Assembly (NCBI RefSeq): GCF_018977255.1 | Contig: NW_024704742.1 | Span: 104,968,001-105,032,000 of the forward strand | DNA length: 64,000 nt | Origin: Callorhinchus milii | Taxonomy: Eukaryota | Reading direction: 5' to 3' | In this document: piece after piece, positions 38,675 to 51,450 of the stretch | Numbering within the stretch: position 1 is the stretch's first letter | How the letters are laid out: each line of letters opens with the position of its first letter | Position numbers and translations under genes: made by a program | Notes under the pieces: model-generated | Database searches by the model: none | Seen by the model: only the letters and a program-made list of their open reading frames with translations | What the model was told of the DNA's origin: nothing

Positions 38675-39240
38675 AGGCCACAATTTGCCCACAAGAAGCA
38701 TGAAGGGACCTGCACTATTTATATAGAAGCAGAAAGTATGTAAAAATATGTTCATGATTTTGCTCGTAGGCTTATTTGTTAGAAGCCGGCAGAACTGTGT
38801 TATTACTGGTGAGGTGATTAATTCTGCATTATGTAATGTAAAAATTCCATTTTGCTTGTATTTTTGTGACAGAAGTTAGACCTTTGTTGTTAATATTTTT
38901 GGGGTTGGGTCTATGATGTGTTTGTTTTAATCATATTTAAATGCAATCTGTATTTGTTTTTTAAATCATGTTGTTTGATGCATATATGTATATAATTGCA
39001 CAGAAACATTAAGACACAAATGTATTAAGTTAAATTTGTTTCTGCAAGTAATTCTGAGGTGTTTCTTCTTGTTTTTGTCTGATGCGGTAGCACACTGAAT
39101 TGCAAAGGGTGATGGACTGAGAGGAAGTGGTCTTATTTCCATGGGATAAAAGGCTTTTTTTCTTTCAATGTGATGGTACAATGGCAGTACATGAGGACAT
39201 CATCTGATACCACAACAGTATTGACACTTGTTTCACCATC

Positions 39241-39246
39241 AATAAA
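39241..39246 (+). terminator. Probable PJA2 polyadenylation signal
   Basis: AATAAA ~570 nt after the stop, following an AT-rich repeat-free UTR. Confidence 0.6.
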
Positions 39247-40139
39247 CTGCATTATTGAAAATTCAAGCTGTTTAAAATTAAATTTTATTCTGAATTCAAA
39301 CCCATAAACCGAAAAGTATGCTTATTCTTCAATACTAGAACATTTTTTTGCTGTGAATTGTTGCAACCTGGATCTAGATTTACTCTGTATTGTTTTAGTG
39401 TGCAGAATTTGGTTATTGTTTTAAAAAAAAATCCTGGTGGGAAAAGCCAGTATACTTTTTGAAAAACCTAGTGCCTGTGCTGTAGTACAGTGATTTTAGG
39501 AAACTTAGCATTGCTGAAACCAGAATGAACACTTTTTGAAATTTCAGTTGCACAATTGATGCAGAATGAATCTGTTTAGGAGATAGATTTATATTTACAA
39601 ATCCAATCATATATCTGAAGCATTTTTAACTTTCAACAATGAAAATCTATTTCACACTGCCATAAGTTGATGAAATTATCAATTCCCTGCTCTCCTCATG
39701 ATAAAATAATAGTCCTTGCATTTGATATAGTGCCTCATATAATTGAGATATCTCAATGCATTTCAAAGGATATACTGTAAAGTAGATTGACTGTATTTTG
39801 TGGGTGAAATCGGCAGCCAGTTTTGCGCACAACAATGTCCATGGAGTGAGTCACCATTTTTATTTGGGAAATTTGGTGGTCAGGACACTGGGAGAATCTC
39901 CCCTTTTTTGAATAGACTCATCTTTGATCGTGCTTTTGTTCACCCCCCACCCCTTTTGATTCCAACCCCAAACTCGGATGCAAATCCTTGGGATGTCCTT
40001 GCAACGTGAAAGGTGCTATACAAATGTAGTTTTGTTGTTGTTGAATAGTGCCATGAGATCTTTAACATCCATCAGAATAGGCAGGTGGGACTTCAGTTTA
40101 ATGTCTCATCCGAAAGATGGCACCTCCGACGGTGCAATG

Positions 40140-40475
40140 AAGGGACCGTGATATGGAGTTCCAAAGGGTGGGCGCAGAAAGCCTGAAGGCCTGCCTGCGG
40201 ATGGTAGGGTGTGCTGAGCGGGGGATGTGGAGCAGGCTAGAGTTCAGTGAGTGGAGTTAGGTCATGGAGATAGGGTCGAGCAAGGCCGTAGGAGAGCTTT
40301 GAAGGCAAGAACAAGGATTCTGAACTCGATCCTCTACAGGATGGGGAGCCAGTGGAGCCAAGTGAGGATGGGGACGATGAGTTCACCGAGCCTGGTCCGG
40401 GAGAGGACACGAACTGAAAAGTTCTGAATAATCTATAGCTTGTGGAGAGAAGAGTTGGGAAAGCTGACAAACAGG
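40140..40475 (-). mobile_element. L2 fragment
   Basis: Diverged match to the L2 ORF2 C-terminal region. Confidence 0.75.
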
Positions 40476-42565
40476 GAATCTCATTTCACCAAGCTGTGAA
40501 CTTCAAAAGTAAATGTCAAAAGATTTGTTCCAAACTTTAAAGATAGTGTGAGATAAATCTTCATGGTTTTAACAATTCACAGATTTATCTTCAAAAGATT
40601 GTTGTTAAATCCTACTTAAGCCACTAAAGTTTGTGGATGATCAACAAATGACAGTCGGAATACAAGTCAAAACCCAAAATATTTTTNAAGTTCTTCCTAT
40701 GAAGAGGAACATGTAGAACAAAAATCTGAAGCTGAAACAGAAATGAAGTGGGTGGATGTGTGATTCTAGCTGCTTACCTTTGTGCGTTACTGAGACGGTG
40801 AAGTCCAAGCCCTGGATATATGACCATGTTCATGAATTCAGATCACAGGCAACGCCTTCTACCAGCTCTTGTCATAAGCCTCAGCATTTCCTCATCAGCT
40901 CTTGAATGAACATCTGCCTTCAGTGTAAAAATGGAGGAAACTCCTCCATTGCGTTCCCAGGAACTCGGAACCATGAAGGAAAATTGTTTGGATGCACATC
41001 TATTCCACTGAAAAATAACAGATTAGATGATACTTATGCACCACAAGATAGAGGAAGGATCACAGTATAAAGGTTCTGAGAGAAACTCAGCATTCCTCTA
41101 GTGTCATGAAGCGGAATGAAGAGGTTATCCAAAGGAAGATGGAAAATTAATTGCAAAGAGTGGAAATCACCTTACTGAAGACAAGTAATGTTATTTTTAC
41201 ATAATTGGTGACCATTATCTCTGAGAACTTTTAAAATCCTATCCTGCCTTTCAAATTCTTCCAGTCTTGCCCGTTCTACCAATGTAACATCTTGCCTGTA
41301 CCTCTTCAAATTCTGATTTTTTTGTTGCTCCTGTTCAAACAACCAAAACAACCTGTTCTCTGCAACTCTCTGCCTTGTTTCACCTCCCCTCTAGCTTCTT
41401 TTGATCTCCTTTTAAAATATCTCTCTGTCTGTACCTTTGGTCAACAAGACTCAGACAGAGTGTCTGAGTCAAAACATTTGAGTTCAAGCTCCACTTTGGA
41501 CTATGAACTCATTTAGTCTAGGCTGACACTCCACTGCATTTGTGTGTTGCATTTGTTGAATGTATTCTTTGAATAAAAAGTTAAACTGAGGTCTATCTAT
41601 TGATGTGGATATTAAAGATCCCCTCATCACGATGTGAAAAGAGTGGGAGTTTCTCTCGGTGTCCTGGCCAACAATCCTCCAAATAAAACTGGTCATTCAC
41701 TTCATGGTTGTTTCTGGGATATTGCGCTGCACAAATAGGCTGCCACATTTGCCAACAAATACATAGTGACTACACATCACAGTAAATCCTATGAAAGCAC
41801 TTTAAGAAGACCTCCCGCCGTAACAAGCCACTACACCAAATGCAAGGATTATTATTGTAACTTCCTGATACATGTCTTTTCCCTACTCATTGCTCACCAT
41901 TATATCTGTCAATTCTTTCAAGCCATCCATTCTACCTCAAAGAGCTCTACATGTGCACATAGCTGTAACTCTACCCTTACTGATGTATGATTCAGGGAAT
42001 GACATAATTCCTGTGTTGCCGAAGTATGAAAAATAATATTACATCTCTTGATGAAGATCGCGACTGGTCGTGTATGAGAAACAGCAGTAAATACCTTAAG
42101 AACCTTGAGAAATAAAAAGAAAACGCAAATGTTGGAAGAATACAAAATACAAGAAAAATACAATCGGCATTGGAAACAGATAATGTTTTGGATCAAGCTT
42201 TAAACCTGAACTGACTGCTGTGATCCACCCAGCCCATGATTCAATCAGAAGTACAGCTTGAAGCTCTTTCACTATCTTTTCAGCCTTCTGTCTTCTCAGC
42301 CTGCTCAATAGCATGGATTGAGTTGGTTTCAACATCCAAGACATTGGTATCCTGTGGCTTTTGTCTCCTCATCTTAATGCATTAAAGCTGCCACCATCTG
42401 CTGAATTTCTGTCACATCTCATTAAAGATCACTTGCCGTTCTTCCAGTCTGCTGGTTTCTTTGCGCATTGTACCTTCCCAGAACACCATTGCTAAAGTAA
42501 TAAAGATTCATTTTATTAACATGGAATTTCAGGGCCAATTTCATGAGGTATACATTATCATAATA

Positions 42566-43049
42566 AACAAAACGCAAAATACTGCAGATGCTGGAAATCT
42601 GAAACAAAAACAGAAGTCGCTGAGAACACTCAGCAGGTCAGGCAGCATCTATGGAGAAAGGAAAGTGAGTCAATGTTTTGGGTCCATGACCCTTCATCAG
42701 CACTGGGGCATGTTGGGAGGGAGAGGCTTTTAAGAACTAACAGAGAGGGGGAGGTAGGACAAGGAAGACAAAGGAGAAAATGGGGTAGAGGACAGGGGAT
42801 GATGGGTTAAAGAGGTGTTAATGATGCAAAACAAAGGGGCATTGCAACAAAATGGAAAAAGGTGGTAATAATGCAAAACAAACAAGGTGGGGAGGGGGAA
42901 ATTGCAACAAAACAGGCAGACCAGAGAGAGAAAAGGTGTGTCTGGGACGCAGATGATGTGGTAATGGTCGCAGAAGAGGAGGAAGGGGAAGGTGAGCTGT
43001 TATGGTCTGAAATGATTGAAATCAATATCGAGTCCAGAGGGCTGTAAGG
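42566..43049 (-). mobile_element. Penelope-like element 3' fragment
   Basis: Minus strand encodes LQPSGLDIDFNHFRP* (GIY-YIG C-terminal motif), followed by a pyrimidine-rich UTR and pLTR with CTGATGAAGGGTC. Confidence 0.8.
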
Positions 43050-43980
43050 GTTATAAATTACATAACTACAACTTGCACTTATATAGCCCCTCCATGCCGG
43101 GTGGCATCTCAGAGCACTTGAATGGGTTTAAGAGGCAATTAGGTGTGAAGTCTCAGTCAGAAAGGTTCAAACCTTATGTCGGTTCTTTGAACTCACATGT
43201 CTGGGCTGACACTCCAATGCAGTGCTGGTGGTGGCTGCATTGTGGGAAGGGTTGTCTTTCAGATGCAATGTTAAACTTCTGCCGGTTAACAATCTATGGT
43301 GCTATTTGAAAAGGGAAGGGAGTTTTTCCCAGTGTCCTGGCCAACACCAGCCCCAGATAAAATTAAGCATTCACTTCACGGCTATTTGTGGGGACATCGT
43401 TGTGTGGAAATTACCTACTGTGTTTGCCTATCAATACAGTCACTAAACTTTACTATAAATCCTGTGAAGCACTTTAAGACATCCTCCTAACATGAAAGGC
43501 ACTATAACAAATGCAGGTTTTTTTAAATTAATAATTGAATCTATTGAGTAGGAATATGACAGGACAGTCAGCATAGCTCATTGTCAGCAGTTGGAAGGAC
43601 AGACGAGTCACTGGAGGCAGAGAATCCTTCCACTCTGCTCCTGTTAACCCTGCAAGCCAAAGCGCTAACAGGTAGGGTGGTGCGAACTGGACAAGCAGCG
43701 GGAAAACTTGCCAGACAGCGCTATCAATGTCAAGCTATGCGGTTTTAGCTGGTAAGACAGCAGAAGTACCACAACACATATTCTGAGGTCCCTAAGCCTT
43801 GGCTCTTGCCAACCTGTGTCTAATAATTTCCAGAATAAGGTAAGCAGGATTCATCCCTCCAGAAAAAGAGTACGCATTTCATTCTAACAATCTACCTTTA
43901 GAATTTCCATGTGTAGGTGGAATGCATGGAATTCGCAGCTTGGTTTGGATTCTCTTAAGCAAAGTGATAGGTTTCTGCAT

Positions 43981-44506
43981 GTCCTGTAGCCCAGTGCTTA
44001 GAACACTCGCCCGCAAACGAGAGACCTGGGTTCGATTCCCAGCTGGGCGGAACATTGGGTAAATTTCCTTTCTCCACAGTAATAATAATAATAATCCTTG
44101 CATTTGATATAGCGCTTTTCACGTCGGGAGGACGTCCCAAAGCGCTTCACAGAACACACTGTAAAGTGAATTGACTGTATATTTGTGGACGAACGCTGCA
44201 GCCAATTGCGCACAGCAATGTCCCACAAACAGTCGTAGATTGAAAATGACCAATTTATTATTGTTTTTGGTTTTGGAGGATTATTATTAGGCTCTGTGTG
44301 GAGTAAGGAAACTTGCCCAAGGTTTCGCCCTGCCTGGAATTGAACTCAGGTCTCTCGCTTGCAAAGTGAGTGCTCTAACCACTGAGCTACAGTGGTTGGC
44401 TGCCGGGTTTCACCCTCAAAGTATACAGTATATTCTGTGAAGCGCTTTGAGATGTCTCGTAGATGTCATAAGGAGCTATATCAAATGCAAGGATTATTAT
44501 TATTAT
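43981..44506. mobile_element. Nested SINEs: minus copy (44081-44392) inside a plus copy
   Basis: Plus head 43981-44078, near-complete minus SINE, then plus tail to 44506. Confidence 0.85.
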
Positions 44507-47164
44507 TCATAACAAGGAATAATGAAACTTGAATAATTAGTCTCATATGCAATAGACAAGGAGTGTTAGAATGAATGTACACAATACTAATTAATATTTT
44601 ATTGCATTTTCTTGCAAAAGCCGCCTGTAATTTTTGATCCGGAATAGAAGGATCACAAGTTCAATCAGTGCCAATAATGTAATGCCTGTTAGGGAGTCAA
44701 GAGAAAGGAATAAATTAACCACTCAGAACTGTCCTCACGGGACATGTTTGAGAATGAAAGGAAATCATGATTGCATGAAAAGTAATTGTTACTGTTACTG
44801 ATCCCAGTATGTTTTGAGTTAGTCCTATATTAACATCATTTACAATATTTTGTTTAATGCAAAACATTTTTGCATCTACAGAACAGAATCTGGTATCAGA
44901 CTCAATTTAATAAAGCGGAGATAGTGCTCCCCAGGTTCTTTTTGCTCAGAGGCATATTTGAGACTGTGTTTATTTGTTCACTAATTTGGTGGAAGTAATT
45001 GAATGAGACAATGTAATGGAAACACTAATAGAGTGTCTGGTTATTCTAAATGGAGGCTTCAACTCAGTATATCTTATTTCCTTGTTCCTGCTCGCTTAAG
45101 TTCAAATTTCAACCTCTCAATTTTGGTAAAATGGAGAAACATTTTGCATACTAATATTCCAAATCAAATACGTATACAGATATCAAATACGTAGTGTCTG
45201 ATGAAATTCGTGCAAGATCAGTTGTCACCGATAGTATTTTCTTTGCTTCTGTTATTTAGTATGTGAGTCCAGTAAATAATGTTGCAATGAACTCTAGGGT
45301 AACGAGCTTTTAGCAGCATATGTCTTTGACGTTCACAGACTGCCATTTCTTCAAACACTCATTAATGCAGTCAGTGTTATCCATTGAGGAACTCAGTGTG
45401 GATCAATTGAAGCAGAATTTATTTCAGGGCAGAAATAAAATACCTTATGTCAGCAAATGAATTCCTGTGCTTCAATTACACCCTCTCAGAATTTTCCTAA
45501 AATTTAATGAATGAATCTCAAATCTGGGTTATTGATATATGGAGAAGTGTAAGTTATTATTTATGTGTAGTATTGGGTTATAGAGGGATTTAATATCCCT
45601 CTACTGGCCTTTTCACTCTTTCTCCACATGGACAATGTACCTAAGTCAGACCCTCCTACCTTGGAAGAAAGAAATCTGAACTATTTCCCACTGGCTCCTG
45701 AAATTGAGAATTCATCTTCAGCAATGAATGAAATGCCCAAAGGATCTGTAACCATTCCCCAAACTGAATAGTTCCTAAGTGATAGTGAAAATCATACAGT
45801 TAAGCAACATATAAACCACATCTTCAAAAGCAACCTGCATTCTTGGAATAATATGAGCTTTTACAACTGTAACTTGTGTCAGATGCTATAACTTCTGATA
45901 CTGAAATTGTTGGTAGTTTAGAAAATGGTTCAATTTTGCTTTCTGGATTCTTATTGACTTTGTCCAGTATCCAATAACCTATTTTAAAGTTAACAGGCTT
46001 CTGATGTCTGCTGTGTATGTTTTGATTAATTTCCCTTGGTTAATAGCTGAGTTTTATTTCAGTTTTGTGACTTAATTCAGTGATTTGTACAGTGTGTTAT
46101 TGAATAGAATGCTGGAAAGGTTATAACACAGAAAAAGGCCATTCACCCCACTGTATCTATGCCGCTAATATCAAGTTAAGCATACAGCATAACTGATATT
46201 GAGACATATTCATCAGCTTGTCTCAGTTGGTATCATTCTCGTCTCCGAGTCAAAAGTTGTGTACCTATGTCTGGACTTTTAACTCACAGTCTAGGCATTG
46301 CTGGAGATTTTGTCCTTCAGGTGAGATATTCAACTGAGATCCCATCCTTTTCAGGTGCTCATCAAAGATCCCGTGGCACAATTCAAAAAGAGACAGGGAG
46401 TTTCATCTGGTGGGTGGGACATTGCTATGAGCAAATTGACAGCTGTGTTCATGTACAAACATAATCAATACACTTTAAAGTAAATTCATGAATGCGCAAT
46501 GCAAGGATTATTGTTCTGTACAGCATCTTCCAAACAAAAATCTAACCCAAACCAACACTTTCATGTAAAGCATACAGTTGAGCAACATGTGAATCACATC
46601 TTGAAAAAGTAATCTGCATCCTTGGGATAGCTTATCCAGAAAATAGAATCAATATTGTACTATAAAAAGGAGGAAATCCAATAGATGGAATAAATTAGTG
46701 CTTAATCGAATTTCAACTGGCAACCCCTGTATTCAGAGGTTTGGGGTTAATATGTAGCACCAAATTCCATCAAGTATGGTCCTTTCAGCGAGTCTAGAAA
46801 ATGTCAAAAAGTGGCCAAATCCTCCACAAGCTAACACTCAGCTGGAAATTCAGGGTGCCAGGGATGTGAATCACTCACAGGAATGAGCCCTTTGAAATTG
46901 TTATAACTGGCCTTCTCACAAATAATCTCATCGTTTAAATTTCAACAAATAACAACTTTCTGGTACTGGACGAAGTCAGTTTTAAGGCCCCAATGTCAAA
47001 TAGCTGTTGCGCAGCCATAGCCTTTCTGTATGTAGATACAACTTTTCATATTTTTAATTTTTTTATAATCCTTTGACATTACTGGGGAAACCCAACGGAA
47101 GGATTCTTTTTAAATATACTTTAAAAAAAATGTTTAACATTACAATCAGATGGAAGTTTCAGAG

Positions 47165-47685
47165 GAATCATAGAATGTTACGGCACAGAAGGAGGCCATT
47201 CGGCCCGTCGAGTCTGTGCCGGCTCTTTGACAGAGTAACTGACTTTTATTAACCCGACTCACCAGCTTTCTACCCATAACTCTGCAAACACGTCTTCCCC
47301 AGTTACCTTTCCAGTTCTCTCTTAAAAGCTGTTATCGAATTGCACTTCACTGCCCTTTCAGGCAGACCATTCCAAATTCAAACAACTCGCTGAGTGAAAA
47401 AATTTCTTCTTACCTCCCCTCTGCTTCTTTTGATAGATATCTTAAGACTGTGACCACGGGTCACAGACACACCTACCAGCGGAAACAGCTTTTCCTTATC
47501 TCACCTGTCAAAACCTTTCATGATCTTGAAGACCTCTATCAGGTCCCCGCGTAACCTTCTCTGTTCTAATGGGAAAAGTCCTAACTTTTCCAGCCTGTCC
47601 TCATAGCTAAGGTTCCCCATTCCTGGTATAATTCTCGTGTATCTCCTCTGCACCCTTTCCAGTGCCTTAATATCCTTCCTGAAGA
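47165..47685 (-). mobile_element. CR1 LINE 3' fragment
   Basis: GAATCATAGAA…AGAAGGAGGCCATTCGGCCC tail and reverse-strand ORF2 C-terminal sequence (…LRGDLIEVFKIMKGFD…). Confidence 0.85.
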
Positions 47686-48145
47686 AGTTCAGGTTAAGTT
47701 ATATTTTAAGAGCAGGTGGAGCTGAGGAAGATGTCCTAATCAACAGTATATGCTGGAATAGCCTTATGTCTTCTCCCATGTACTTACCAATCTGTTGGAC
47801 AGAACAGGCTGGTTGGGAGACATGCTGAGAGGGTTGGAGTCCTTCCCATTCAGGAATGTTACTTCATAAGGTTTGTGTTTTGGCTGAACCAAACTTTTCA
47901 ATTACTGTACTTTAGAGCAATGGGATTGGCATCCACAATCAGAAAGTCTTCCTAAAATTAAATGAGAACCTCTTGAAAAACAAATCCATTGTTTACAATG
48001 ATTCTCTTCCAGTTGGGAGTCTTCACATGATACAATACAAATAAAAATTTATATGTAACGCCTTTCATGTCAAGAGGATGCCCTAAAGTGCTTGCCACTG
48101 CTGGCTGGGCACCCAAGCTGGGAATGGGAGCCGAGGGGTGTGTGA

Positions 48146-48392
48146 ACAACAACAACAAAATTACATTTGTAAAGCGCCTTTCACATCGGGAAGACATCCC
48201 AAAGCGCTGGACAGTTAGAGTTTTGGACCCGAGCTGAGGGTTGGGGTGGGGAGGGCAGGGGGAGAAGCAGGGTGATCAAAAGCAGGGTCGAAGAGGAGGG
48301 TCTTGAAGGAAACAGGGGAGGGGGTGAGACAGAGGGACCGTGGGATACAGTTCCAGAGGGTGGGAGCAGGATGGCAGAAGGCCCTTCCCCCA
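48146..48392 (-). mobile_element. L2 3' end
   Basis: IGGRAFCHPAPTLWNCIP and (TTG)n tail. Confidence 0.85.
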
Positions 48393-50165
48393 ATCATACC
48401 CGAAATATACCCGAAAGTAAATATGCCCATGTCAATCCCAGATGCAAGACCTTTCCGATGAGGTATAAATAATGTCTCTATGTAAATTCATTATTGGGAT
48501 CCTTCTTGAAGTGCACACACAGATAGACATTGTCGTTTTAGTAGTATAGATATACTGTAGAAATTGTGTAATTAAAAAAGTGTCATTATGATAGAATAAT
48601 AAGCACAATATGTGCCCTATTGTACTTCTCCATGTGAAATGCTTCCCAATATCTGTAATTGGAAATGTATCTTGGAATTGAGCCTCATTCTATTTGTTTT
48701 GCACATTTGAAATCTATGAAAAACAAGTTATAATAAAAGATATTAATGTTCATTGAGAATGCACCTCTGCAGCTAGTCTGTCTTACCTTGACGCTTATTG
48801 TATGTGATCATTTGATATAAATTCATGGGCAATTCTCAACTTAAAGTATACGAGGTAGAAGACTGGAAGGAACAGGTTCAATTTGTAGTGTTTGAAGAAA
48901 TGTTCTGCTTCTGATTTCATTTGAAATGTGGCTCCAGGATATAGTTGATTATCTCATTAAAGAGCCCTCTTTTACCTGAAGAATACTGAGATGCATCCTC
49001 CTAGATGGGTCATATTGATAGATAGATAGAAAGAAAAGGCATTCAAGCTAATGACGGAGAAGTAGCCAAAAGTAACTAAAGAAGATACATTGATGCACTA
49101 CTCTAAAAGCAAGCAAACTCAAATTACAAATCATACCAAGGTAAGATATTGCAAAAACCCAAACATACAAAAATTCTCTAACATATAACGAAGGGAAAAG
49201 GCTGAAAGACACAATAGGTAGTACTATGGGTAAACAAAAATAACTTAAAATATATAACAGGTTACAAATTCAAGGTATTTTGCTGAGTTATACTTATGAT
49301 TGTTTAACATAACAATGTAAGACATTTTAGAATAGATTAGAACTGTTAAAATATTCACTTAGTGTACTGTAAAAGTGGTGATCTACCCAGTCATCTCTGA
49401 CTTAACATGAGAAGGAACATTAATCTTGGGATCACTTGAATGCTTCTGCTTTCAGGGAAATCATGATGTTCCTTGGCAATACTTTATTGGTCACCATTTT
49501 GGTTTCTTCTTTCTTCCTCCAAGAATGCTGTGACATATCCATTGGGTCCACAGTGGTATGTGAAGTCCTTTCTCCTCCCATTTGCTGCTCCCTGCCACTA
49601 TATTCCAGCAGTACCCATTCCACTGAAGGAGCACTTGGCCATACTGTCATGCTGTTTTCCATAAGTTGACGTGCTCGTTGCAGTAGGGGCTGGTGTTAGT
49701 ATGTCAAAGGGAGAAAGGCTGTTCCAATAACCATCTGCGACACAAAGGTTGTGCTTGCAGGATCAGCAAAAACAAAGTGACTTCCTGGGGGGAATGTGGA
49801 CATATATGGATACAGACTCTCGATCAACCAGCAGATGTTGATGTATAGTCATGCTCACTCCATATGTTCAGCACTGTCGAGCTGGTGGGGGGCTCAAAGC
49901 TGGAATTGTGATGTATTGATAAACTGCCAAATGATTCCATGGCTGTTGATGAAAAGTCTGAATTCTCCCATCATTATTTGCAGTGTATTGATTGTTTTGG
50001 ACAATATATTGTCAGATACCAGTTGAGGGTCAGGCTTAATGTTGAGAGGGTCTTTGTTCAACAATGATTTTCTCAGAAATGGTGTTTTAAAGAACTTTCC
50101 CAGTTTCCATTTTATTCACTCTCCCTTACATTGCAAAGGTTTCTAAAACTTGTACTTTTGTTCTA

Positions 50166-51450
50166 AAAAAACAAGATCACATTTGTATAGCACCTTTCAT
50201 GTTGGGAGGATGTCCCAAGCCACTGGACAATCAGTGTTTTGGACCCGAACTGGAAGTTGGGATCGAGGAGGGTGGAGGGCAGGGGAAAGGAGGGTGACCG
50301 AAGGCACGGTCGAAGAGGAGGGGTTTGAGATGGGTCTTCAAGGAAGCACGGGCTGAGGCGGAGACTGTGGGATGGAGTTCCAGAAGGTGGAGACAGAGGG
50401 GCAGAAGACCTACCTGCCAATGGTTGGGTGGGTGAGGCGGGAGAACATGAAGCAGGCCGGAGCCTGCTGAGCGGAGGGAGCAGGCAGGTTGGTAGGTGGT
50501 TAGGAGGTCGCAGAGGTAGGGGAAACAAGGCCATGGAGGGCTTTGAAAGTGATGACCAGGATCTTGAACTGTAACCTCTATGTGATGGGAAGCCAGTGGA
50601 GTTGGGCGAGGATGGAGTTGATATGGTCACGGAGCCTGGTGCGGGAGAGGACATGGGCTGCAGAGTTCTGGATGATCTGCAGCCTATGGAGGGAGGAGTT
50701 GGAGAGACCAACAAACAGGGAGTTTGAATAGTTGAGCCTGGATATTATGAATGCCTGCATGAGGGTCTCGGCGGCCTGGGGTGTGAGAGTGTGGTGGAGC
50801 CGGGTGATATTGCAGTTGGGGAAAGGTGGGCGTGACATGGCATGGATGTGGGGGATAAAGGGCAGTTGAGGGTTGAACAGGATGCCGAGGTTCTGTATTA
50901 GCTCCGTGAGATGTAGGGTGCGTCCATGGAGGGAGATGCTGTCAGTGCCCAAGGTATGGTGGCACTGTTGGGAGCCAAGAAGGAGGGTCTCAGTCTTGTT
51001 GACATTCAATTGCAGGAAGTTAGCTCTCATCCAGGATTTGATGTCCGATAGAAAGACTGTGAGGACAGCAGTGATCCTGGAGTCAATGGTGGAGGCAGAG
51101 AGTTAGAGTTTGGTGTTATCCCCATACATGTGGAAGTTAACCCCATGTCTGTGGATGATGTCACCAAGGGGAGCATATAAATATTGAAAAAAAGTGGGTC
51201 AAGGACAGAGCCCTCGGGGACGCCACACGTAATGGTGCAGGGGCTGGAGGAGAAGCCATTAGTGGCAACAAAGTGGAAATGGTGGGAGAAGTAGGATTCG
51301 AACCAGGCAAAGAAAGGAGAGGTGGTGTTGGAGGATAGACTGGTCGACAGTGTCAAAGGAAGCAGAGAGGTCGTGGAGGACAAGGAGGCAGAGAAAGACT
51401 GGATGACAGATGTTCAGAATGTTGTCAGTCACTTTGCCAGGGCTGTTTCC
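50166..51450 (-). mobile_element. Longest L2 fragment, with decayed RT domain
   Basis: DLSASFDTVD, GVPEGSVLDPLFFNIYMLPL, degenerate YADD (YGDN) and MRANFLQLNVNKTE; frameshifted. Confidence 0.92.

Noticed and set aside
40687..40687. Single N base
   Set aside because: Assembly ambiguity; no visible discontinuity.
40700..41170. Possible Myb/SANT-like transposon relic (…KRNEEVIQRKM…)
   Set aside because: Similarity is too weak to support by eye.
50166..51450. Functional reverse transcriptase gene
   Set aside because: Frameshifts, 5' truncation and a mutated catalytic YADD.
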